Notes under the pieces: model-generated | Told to the model about the DNA's origin: nothing | The model's database searches: none | Seen by the model: only the letters and a program-made list of their open reading frames with translations | Shown: piece by piece, positions 53,721-64,000 of the stretch | How the letters are laid out: each line of letters begins with the position of its first letter | How positions within the stretch are numbered: the first letter of the stretch is position 1 | Position numbers and translations under genes: made by a program | NCBI RefSeq assembly: GCF_006345805.1 | Contig: NC_043003.1 | Coordinates: forward strand, 61,132,001 to 61,196,000 | Length of the DNA: 64,000 nt | Reading direction: 5' to 3' | Origin: Octopus sinensis | Taxonomy: Eukaryota

Positions 53721-53814
53721 TCAGGCAATCCAAATGTTAATATGAGTACTGGCACTGCAGGCACATTGTCGGCCATTGTTTTATTGCATTGTGTTGTATG
53801 TATGTATGCATAAC

Positions 53815-54055
53815 ACATATATTTTTTTTCTTTTAGTCTTTTATTTGTTTCAGTCATTTGACTGCGGCCATGCTGGAGCACCGCCTTTAGTCGAAACAAA
53901 TCGCCCCCAGGACTTATTCTTTGTAAGCCTAGTACTTATTCCATCTGTCTCTTTTGCCAAACCGCAAAGTTACGGGGACGTAAACACACCAGCATCGGTT
54001 GTCAAGCGATGTTGGGGGACAAACACAGACACATAAACACAACACACACACACAG

Positions 54056-54130
<75 letters not shown>

Positions 54131-54295
54131 ATACGACGAGCTTCTTTCAGTTTCCGTCTACCAAATCCACTCACAAGGCTTTGGTGGGCCCGAGGCTATA
54201 GTAGAAGACACTTGCCCAAGGTGCCACGCAGTGGGTCTTAGCTCGGAACCGTGTGGCTGGTAAGCAAGCTACGTACCACACAGCCACGCTTGCGC
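53815..54295 (-). mobile_element. SINE family A, full length
   Basis: Close to consensus. Confidence 0.93.
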
Positions 54296-55099
54296 CTATT
54301 TATGTACTTTACTTTAATTCTCTATTGTCCAACATAGGTTACTATATAACTTACGTGCTAAACTATACTCCATACACCACTAAATAGACTTCACAATATA
54401 CTAGATATATCACACTTCAATAATGAACTACACACCAAACAGTACCTCACACTTGTGTACCTCACACCATACACTATACTGTACATCAGAATCTAAGATA
54501 CATATGTGTGTGTGCGCGCGTACGTGTGTGTGCACTTTATGCGTCACACTACTTTATGCAAGCCGTATACTATGCATCACATTACACAATATACAACATG
54601 CAGTACTATTTACCTTGCATATTATATTACACATCACACTGCTTTATATACACAAGAGAAATTAACCAAATATGCTTGTGTAACTTTGGCGCAATAAAGT
54701 ACGATATCTATTGCAGTTTAAATACATCGTTTGTTCCATAAGCTCCAATACCCGCTCCACGTATTCCTAAGAGTGTGTGGGAAAAGTAGTTTGAAGAAAT
54801 ATTTGTTTACTAAGTTGAATATAGAGTTTTATTAAGAAAGACGAAACTACGAAACTTATTGAAATTTTTTGAAGACAAAAGGAGTTAAAAGTATACAACA
54901 TAAAATTCATTATAGTATTGTTTTGATTCTGATTTTATTTTTATCAGAAAAGCTTGAAAAAGCCTTTTCGAAATGTCAAGAAGCGTACTTTTAGGTTTCT
55001 TTGAATGTTGAAATGAAATGTTGTGCGTAAATAGCTCTAATTACAATTTGGTTAGCTTCCATTAAGCTTTCTTTGTTTTTTCGTATGTGTGAGATAATA

Positions 55100-55500
55100 C
55101 AGTCAAAGAAAACGAAATTCCATGCTGAGCATATTGCTGTCTTTGAAAAGTAGGCGCAACATATTCAGAAATTTACAAGATACTGAAAAAATAAGAAACT
55201 TCCCTGTCATAAAAACGATAAAGCTGTATGCAAAAAAGAAAACATCTAGTAAGCCTGGAACCACTACAAGGGCAGAAGACAGGAGACTAAATTTTTTTGT
55301 TCTTCAGAATCAAACCAAATGGATGCCTGGGGCAACTGTCATGAGAATTTTAACATGCTTAAAACACTGATTTTTCCGGAAGAACCATTCAAAGCAATTT
55401 AAAAGATATTTGTTTTACCTTAAATGATGTGTTAGGAAGTTTTTGTTAACCAAGAAACACCCCAAGCAGAAAATCGTATATTTTGACCAGTTTTTCAGAT
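55100..55500 (+). pseudogene. Decayed Tc1-type transposase N-terminal half
   Basis: SKPGTTTRAEDRRL, FSGRTIQSNLK and LLTKKH remnants. Confidence 0.5.
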
Positions 55501-55624
55501 ATCACTCTGAAGTGATAAACCAAGACTTGAGCATTGTGATGATGTTGCGGGATGCCGCCTTCACAGAGTTAATGAGAGATTCTATCCCGACCGTATTTCA
55601 GGAACGATTCTATCACCCCATCGC

Positions 55625-55636
55625 ATTGATAATAAC

Positions 55637-55698
<62 letters not shown>

Positions 55699-55721
55699 TA
55701 ATAATAATGATAATAATAATG

Positions 55722-55795
<74 letters not shown>
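55625..55795. repeat. (TAA)n microsatellite, probably the tail of the adjacent minus-strand interspersed repeat (about 55796-56270)
   Basis: A similar junction (TAA)n-..ATGC.CT.AT.CAGTA.CAG.CAGTG occurs at 29935-30000. Confidence 0.8.
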
Positions 55796-55796
<1 letters not shown>

Positions 55797-57180
55797 GCCC
55801 TGATGCAGTACCAGACAGTGACTTTCATGGCTTCTGTTCTTAACTGACTGGAAGTGTTATCATGTACATTGTTTTGTCTTGATACATAAGATGGGCTACA
55901 GCAAATATTCTGCTCAATACCACAGATTTGCTTGTCAGTTGTTTGACCTTAACCAGTTGAGCATGTTCCTTAGTGTCTGACGATATGTGCATCACTGATC
56001 ACGAGCAGAAGTAGTGGGGGAGCATCATAGCCATGCGTTGAGAGGGATTCTTTGGGGTTTGAATAGTTCACCTCTGGAAACCTGAGTGTTTCATTCAACA
56101 TCCTTATTCAACAGCCCTTATTCAGGGACATATTGAGTGGGATGGTCCACTCGAACTAAAGAAAATTCTAACTGGGCCCCACCTGCAAGGTCATGCGCTG
56201 TTTATGTTGAGATGAGATCACCATGTCGCGCACATATGGTTGTGTGTACTCTTATCAGGCGGGTAGTTATGATGGGTATACTTTTAGAATCATAAATATC
56301 TCCATTTTTTGTGTGAACATTTTGCCGTCACCTCTTCCTTGAGTATCAGATTATGTAAAATGCCTTTATTGTAACAACACAATTAAATGCACGCAAAAAG
56401 TATGACACCACAATTAAATGCACGCTAAAATTATGGACGTAAACACCAGCTAACCCTTTATCTTCTTCTTGACATAACCTTTTATTGCAATTGCATATAA
56501 ACACGCGGAGAATAAGAAGAAAAAAAAGAAAAAGAAAAAGAAAAAATACTATTTATAGTTCGCTCTGCTCGTACATGACTCTATTCACAAGTACTGTTAT
56601 AGTGGCCCCTCCTTTGATTTTTCTCAAAGTCAAGGTCACTGTTCACAAGTTCCATCAACACTGTTGCGGTCAATTTGAACTCTATTTGACCGACCGTTCT
56701 TCATCTCACTTTATGAGCTATTTACTACTGCTGCTATCAGAATTTACTGCAGTTACTACTATCGCTACAATTAGAAACATTCAAGTTGACGATGACACCG
56801 AAATATCTTCCTCGTGTCTGAATTATACCGGTGGCACCAACGAAAAATCCTTTCTTTCTCTGTGCTGGGAGAAAAGAGAATTTACTATAAAAACAAACCC
56901 CCAGCCTCCCCAACGTATAATTTACTTTAAAAAGAAATACTTAAAAGGGAAAAACGTGAGAAAAAAGAAAAAAATTAATAATCTAATTTAACAATAGACA
57001 AAAACATGTGCCTTCTCGCACATAAAACAGTATTCACACATATACAAACATGCAGATGCAATTATTGAAGTACTAAATGGCACGTCAAATGATATTTAAT
57101 CGTGTGGAACATGTTACATGCATATCAATATTCTAAAGTTTGGACATAATATCCCTTATCCTAAAGCTGCTTCAGACAAT

Positions 57181-60100
57181 TAGGAAGGGTTCCCGACTCG
57201 TTGCACCGTCTGCTTTCAATCTTGATTGTGATTCGGCTCAGCCCAAACTCTCTCAGTTTTTGTCTGCTGTTGCCTACTCCTACAAGGATTGCACCTGTTT
57301 TTTGTTCCTGATTTAAACCCGATTTGTCCTAGAGCCCATAGAAGATTGTTTTTAGTCAGCCATCCATCATGTCAGCTACCTACGCATCGAAACTGAGATC
57401 TGCAAGTAGGGCTTCTCATCAAGATGATGGTCCTACCAATAGTCAGCTCAACGAACAGTTGCTGTTGCTCAAACAAGAGGTTGAGCACCTAAAGTCTGTT
57501 GTTGCTCTCTTACTGAATAAACAGTCTCCTGTTGACGCAGAGTCACCCTTGATTTCTTCCCTGGAGACGTCCAAACCGAAGGGAACAAAATCGAGGCGGC
57601 CAAAGAAGGCGAAGGAACCGGCGGTCGTTTCTGCACATGATCGTTCCCGTGCGGATTCTTCCTCATCTGCCTTTTCGGTCCCGAGGTTCCCCAACCTAAT
57701 TTGAGGAGCGTAGACTCAAACCCACCTGAAGACCGTTGTTCTCCCAAAAGAAGAAACGTCGTCAAAACTCCAGTGGGGGGATTTAGCTATGAAACCTGAC
57801 CACGATAAACGGTCTCCTGTTGGCGCAGAGTCACCCTTGATTTCTTCCCTGGAGACGTCCAAACCGAAGGGAAAAAAATCGAAGCGGCCAAAGAAGGCTA
57901 TGAAACCTGATCACGATAAGATCTGTTTGGATTCTCCTTCACTTGTCCTTCCCATTAATGCCATTGCTCAACCAATTTTGAACGATCTCGATGTGGGTTC
58001 ATCTGGGGAGTGGTGCTCCCCCAAACCGAAGAAGAGGCAGTGCAGTTCCAAACCAGGCGGGAAAATTATGACCACTAAATCCATTCCGATCGACCCCACA
58101 GGCCGACATAAGTCCGATGGCTATGAAACCACCCTTTCGAAATCCTCCAATGAAGAATCGAATACCGCAGCTCATAATAGAGAAATTTTTTGCCCACTCA
58201 AGATCGGCAATAATATATGGCAATGCTGAATCCACCTGTGATACAGGCATAAACCGCCTAAAAGATGACATTAATTTTGTTTCCATTTTGGTTGGAAAAT
58301 TGTTCTCTGTGAACGAAAATGTCAGTGTTCTTAATAAGGTGCTCGGCTAGGAAGATTCCAAGCGAACCCAACCGCAGATACTAGACCACGCCCATAAGGT
58401 AATCTTTTCTTCTGATCGGGAGGCTTCAGTCTTTCTGAACAGAGCTCAGACGCATGCCAGGGAGGACCCCAATATGGGTTTTCGCGAGGAATACTCACTA
58501 AGAGAGAGAATTCGCCGGAGGAACCTGATATCCGAGCTAAAGATGAGGAAACAAAGGGAGAGAAGGGTTTACGAATCCAAGATGGACAGATAATCAAGTC
58601 CTACTCTGGTCCCATGCTGTAGTGCTGACAGGGAAAGTGATGTGAGGGCAAATCGAAGTGAAGTTGATACCCCCGTCAACGATGCTATCTCTGATGCCCT
58701 TTATTCTGCTTGTTCCCCAACTCCCGCCCCTCAGACTTCACAGCTCAGCATCGTCTACACCAACTCGTGCTCCTTATTCCCAAAGTTCAGTGAACTATTT
58801 ACACTGGCCCTACGCGACTCCCCTGTGTGATAGCTATCACCGAGACTGGCTGACTCCAGCAGTAAAGGACTCAGAGATCCACCTGCAGGGCTACGTCCTT
58901 TTCAGATGTGACAGAGGAAAAAGGCGAGGTGGAGGTGTTGCTGTGTATGTTAAGTCTGAGCACAAACCGTCCTGCGGTATTCTACCCACAAATGCTCAAC
59001 CTACAACCAAATTCGATGCCGTATATTGCAAGCTGAGCCTATCTGAGTTTTGCCTGCCCGTGTTGGCTGTCTACAGGCCGCCTCTAGCCGACCCCCAGGA
59101 CGATGCTCATCTACTCGAAGCGATAAGATTCGTTTCAGCTTCGCATGACTGCTTGGTACTAGGCGACTTCAACGCTCCCACGATCGATTGGCCCGCATCA
59201 ATTTGTACAACATCTTCCCGGTTCGGCCAGGCCCTTCTTGACGTGGCTGAAGATTGTTTCCTATCGCAACATGTTGAATATCCGACAAGGCATCGGTCTG
59301 GGCAGCAGCCATCTATGCTAGATCTGGTATTCTCCCCCTATCCAAGATCAGTGTCAGACGTATCTGTGTGCGCCCCTCTTGCCAAGAGTGATCATGCGGT
59401 CCTGAAGTTCGTCATGCACACAACTTTTTCCACGCCCACGATTACTTCGCTGCCACGTAGAGTCTTCTCTGCAATTAATCTTGAATTCTAACCGAGGCTT
59501 CCGCGCTTCTCTGGACTGGCGTTCCCTGATGACGTTGTCCTCAGTTGACGAACTATGGTCATCCCTCAAAGCATATGTAATCTGTTTGACTGACCAGGCA
59601 GTTCCCGTTGGACTTCCCAAGAGGAAGAAACACAAGCCCTGGGTGACGAAGAAGGTTAAACGAGAATGTCGACTCAGAGATATTGCTTGGGCTGAATTCA
59701 AAAATCTGGATTCGACTGCAGCTTTTGAGGTGTACAAAACTCAACGAGACCGAGCCGTGAAAATTGAAAAGAAAGAACGCTTCAGTTATGAATACAAAAT
59801 CGCGGCAAATGCCAGTAGCAATCCAAAAACTTTCTTTGCCCATGTCCAGCGGAATTCCCGCTTGAACAACCAGATTGCAACGTTGGTAGACTTAACAGGC
59901 GTATCGATTGAGGACCCTTATCAACAGAGTCAATTATTTGCCGATGCTTTTTCAACTATTTTCAAACAAGATGATGGTCGTGAACCCCCTCCATTTGATA
60001 GATCGGTACCTCCAATGCTTCGATTGATCATCACGCGGGACCAAGTCAAACGTGTTATTCAAGGCCTCGATGTCAACAAGGGTCACGGCCCTGACGGCAT

Positions 60101-61609
60101 ACACCCACGGGTTATCAAAGCGTTGGCTCCGGTCATCTGCAAGCCCTTAACACGACTATTCAGTATGTCATTGGCGACGGGTGTTATACCTGCAGACTGG
60201 AGAACAGCGATAATCTGCCCAATTTTCAAGAAAGGGAGCCGCGAAGACCCGCTTAACTACCGACCGGTTTCCCTTACATCAATAATCAGCAAGATGTTCG
60301 AAACCATCCTTAAGAAAAGTATGATGCTCCACCTCCTAAACACAGCCTCGATCACTGATTCCCAACACGGCTTCGTGCCGAAGAGATCATGCTTGACCAA
60401 CTTACTAGTAATGGAAGAATTGGTGACGCGCATCCTCGATGATAGTGATGCTGTTGACATCGTTTTATTGGACTTTGCCAAAGCTTTTGACTCGGTAAAC
60501 CACCGCCTACTACTTGTCAAGCTTCAAGCATATAGTTTCCATCCGGATATTGTACGATGGGTTGGTGCCTTCCTCTCAGATTGCTCCTTCCAAGTTCAAG
60601 TTAATGGTTCGCGGTCCGACGTCTCCAGTGCGAGCAGTGGCGTGCCTCAAGGTTCAGTGCTTGGGCCCTTGTTGTTCTTAGTCTTCATAAATGACTTTCC
60701 CGACGACCTCACGCAACACACCCTTCTATTTGCCGACGATATCAAACTGGTCGCTCCTCGCGGTAGTATAGAGGATCTTCGTCGATGCCTCCACCAAATT
60801 TGGAAGTGGTCTAACGATTGGGACCTGTGTCTGAACGTGTCAAAGTGCTGTCATCTGCCTGTCGGCTCTACTCCTGCAACTCAACTTGATTTCGAGCCGG
60901 GTCGTCTGCTGCTGGAGAGGACCGATCAGGTAAAGGACCTGGGTATCTTGGTGGATTCCTCCTTTTCGCCTTCGGCCCAGTGCGTCCATGCTGCCAACAA
61001 AGCGCGCGGAATTCTGTTTTTGATTCGACGGTCATTCGGAATGCTCACAGCAGCCATATTCCTGCCACTCTATGTCACGCTGGTGAGACCCATATTGGAG
61101 TATGGGATTCAAGTCTCTTCTCCTTATCTCCTCAAAGACATACAGCACCTCGAAAGAGTCCAGAGGCTGGCTACCCGCATGGTTCATGGTCTCAAAAATT
61201 TGTCCTACGAAGAAAGGCTGAGGACGCTCGACCTTTATTCTCTTGAAAAACGCCGCCGCCGTGGTGATCTCATTCTCGCCCACAACATCATAAGCGGGAA
61301 GTGTAACCTCTCGAAAGAGCTGTTCTTCACTCCTGCTCCGGAGCGTCGGCTGCGGGGTCATTCCGAAAAGCTCTACCTGCGACGATTTCATCTCAATCGA
61401 AGGAGAGGAGCTTTCTCCGTCCGGTTGCGGATCCATGGAACAAGCTGCCAGACGAGATGGTGAAGATGCCGACGACCGCTTTGTTCAAAGCCTCCCTGGA
61501 CCTCAAGTGGCCTGAACTCTTTACATGAACACCACCCTGTACTTAACTCCATGTCCCCCTACATGGCCTTGCTATTTGCTTTTGAGCCAAATTAACTAAC
61601 TAACTAACT
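57181..61609 (+). mobile_element. Near-full-length CR1/L2-group LINE (ORF1 plus APE-RT ORF2), inactivated by frameshifts
   Basis: ORF1 pieces 57369-58600 ending ERIRRRNLISELKMRK..GLRIQDGQIIK; APE motifs (YTN, RCDR..RRGGGV, LGDFN, SDH); RT motifs (LDFAKAFDSV, PQGSVLGP, FADD); 3' (AACT)n tail. The 5' end is approximate. Confidence 0.95.
58745..61530 (+). pseudogene. LINE ORF2 (APE endonuclease plus reverse transcriptase), frameshifted
   Basis: Two single-base losses near 58825-58850, a frame change at about 59481-59491 and another near 61420; 660-aa open RT segment. Confidence 0.93.
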
Positions 61610-61659
61610 TCGTATATTTTACCCCAGTGTCACTTTGATGACACGCAATGCTCTCTGAT

Positions 61660-61661
61660 TC

Positions 61662-61700
<39 letters not shown>

Positions 61701-61790
61701 TATAATAATAATAATTATAATAATAATTATAATAATAATAATAATAATAATAAGAAGAAGAAGAAGAAGAAAAGAAGAAGTAGAAGAAGA
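61660..61790. repeat. (TAA)n then (GAA)n microsatellite
   Basis: Direct reading. Confidence 0.95.
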
Positions 61791-61964
61791 AGAGAAACAA
61801 CAACAGTAAAAATATTAATAAGGCAGTAAATACACTTACACACACACACACTTATATACACACATACACACAAACACACACACACACACTCAATTGTACG
61901 TAATTAAAACGTGCTTGATTTCGCAATTATTTCCAACAGTATATATTAATTTTCACTTTTATAT

Positions 61965-62340
61965 TACTCTTTACTCTTTTACTTTTTCAGTCATTTGACT
62001 GTGGCCATGCTGGAGCACCGCCTTTAGACGAGCAAATCAACCCTAAAACTTACTTTTTGTAAGCCTCGTACTTATTTTATCGATCTCTTTTGCCGAACCG
62101 CTAAGTTACGGGGATGTAAACACACCAGCATCGGTTGTCAAGCGATGTTGGGGGAACAAACAAACACACAAACGTATACACATACACATACATATATATA
62201 TATACATGTATATACGACGGGTTTATTTCAGTTTCCGTCCACCAAATCCATTCACAAGTCTTTGGTCGGTCCGAGGCTATAGTAGAAGACAATGTGGTTC
62301 GTAAGCAAGCTATTTACCACACAGCCACTCCTACGCCTTG
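61965..62340 (-). mobile_element. SINE family A with an internal deletion in the head
   Basis: Family match. Confidence 0.88.
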
Positions 62341-64000
62341 GAATCATATGATTTCAATAAAATGTTGTTTCAAATGTCGAAATATTCCTAACAATGGGGA
62401 AATATCTGTAGAGCAATTTAATTTTTCATTATAGTATTTCAACTGGGATAATATTCCAGGCTTTGATGGAAGTGTAGATTGCATCTTAAAAAAGTAAAGT
62501 AACCCGGACTTTAATGTCTCGAGTCCTAGGACTGAAAGGAGCGGTTACCGAGTTTCCATGCACACCAATCCATCGCCGGATTACTCGTTTACGGTTGAGT
62601 AGACTGGAGCAAGGTGAAATTACATGTTTTGCTTGAAAACGCAATGCACCACCCAATTCAGGAATCAAAACCATGCTCTTGCTATTGTGTGTGTGATATC
62701 TTAATTTCTAGGCCACTTGAATGCTTCAGGTCCGTCTAGTAAAGAGTGCATATCATTGATGAGGCCACGAATGGCGATGAAAAATCTTTGTCAAACGTTA
62801 TTGATTTTTGCTTAACCGAACGTTTAATCAAGCAATTAATTATTTAATTAGTGAAATAGTTAACCAATTGACAAATGTGGAAAAAAGAAGTGAAATAGAA
62901 CCAGTGCGCGTATTTATTATTGGCATAATGACCCTTCCGAGATGCAACAAAAACAAAAGAGATCTTTTCTTCCTAAAGTTATGATTCTATGTGTAACGGT
63001 GCTTACAAAATGTGTAATTTTAATGATATCCAAAAGGCTTCAAGACCAAAAAAGAACAAACAAACAACACACGAGTAGAATGTAATTAATTTTAGCTGTA
63101 AAAAATAAAAATAAAAAACGAGGTAATTTAGCCATCATCATTTTGTTCATTCATTTATCATGTGGTTTCCACTGTAGCAAAATTACTATAAAGGAATTCC
63201 TTTACTTTTTACATTATTTTCTGTTACATTTTCTTTTATTCTTGACGAAGCCCCACTACAAAATTTTTTCTCTTCAAGTTTTCTTCCCTACAGCGCAAAA
63301 TTAATTTCTTTCCAGTTCCTTTTTGTTTTTGCTGTTTATTGTTGCTGTTGTTGCTTTGAAGAAACCTTTTGCATCAACTTACGCTGATGTAACCCTATCT
63401 CTGGATTACCACTAGATTGAATTTATATGACTGTACTAAACCAAATTCATGGAACTTTCTTATTTCAATTTGCTAGACCTTAAATTCTTTCTCCGTCATT
63501 TGCATCATTGCAATTTTCACCCTCTTTCTCCATGGTTGCCACCATTCATCTTTCTATTTTTCTGTGCTTATTTTTATTAAGAATGTTTATACCCTTATTC
63601 CAGTCTTCTCTCTTCATTGAGCCCAATCTTGCATACACTTCTTGCCTACTTACGCTTGAATTCATTTACTCCACACATTCCCAACTGACCTGTAATATTT
63701 ATTCAATCCGTTTCCTTTTCTGTCAATCTACATTTTACATTCGATAACCGTTTTCAGTCATCAACGTAAATAATTCCACAATCTAAAGCCTTTGTCTCCA
63801 CCAGCTTCGTAACCCGATTGCTACTGCAACTTCGTCTCCCGTCTGTTGCAGCCACCATTGTAGTCTCAAACCATACTATTACTCTACCCCATAATGAACT
63901 AAGCTGCATGCTTATTTTTTTCACCAGAGGCCGTCTGAAGCCAGAATCTTCTCCTTTTTGGTTGCTTTTTGGTTGCATGCCTTCCGTCGTATATTCGCTA

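Noticed and set aside
59481-61463. 660-aa ORF as an intact host gene
   Set aside because: It is the RT part of a frameshifted LINE ORF2.

Overview
AT-rich, microsatellite-dense animal genomic DNA. The repeat landscape is what I recognise as Octopus (inference, no database search). Most of the window is intronic or intergenic and packed with transposable elements: three tRNA-headed SINE families, many Penelope-like element (PLE) remnants carrying type-I hammerhead ribozyme (HHR) motifs, a Penelope GIY-YIG remnant, R4/Dong-type and RTE LINE fragments, a near-full-length frameshifted CR1-type LINE (about 57.2-61.6 kb), a full-length dead Tc1 transposon, a Tc1/pogo-type MITE, a non-autonomous Helitron and a 32-bp minisatellite. 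Almost all ORF-track entries are microsatellite or TE artefacts. The track misses a minus-strand host gene: exon 1548-1310 encodes a Rab-binding-domain helix (PMPDLTGLTNEEIQIISNVFRRQEQFEVETKDRI; RIM/UNC-10/Fife/Slp class), with a probable start exon at 18664-18513 (MASFVKK) and a probable next exon at 831-662. Further in-frame candidate exons lie at 17.2, 22.4, 45.3 and 46.8 kb, and two of these chains look paralogous. The most striking pattern is the density of fold-back (inverted-repeat) insertions, many with HHRs that have palindromic stem III, inserted in (TA)n tracts. Other notable structures are a SINE that repeatedly joins one internal site of its own family, a head-to-head RTE palindrome and a twin-primed RTE insertion.
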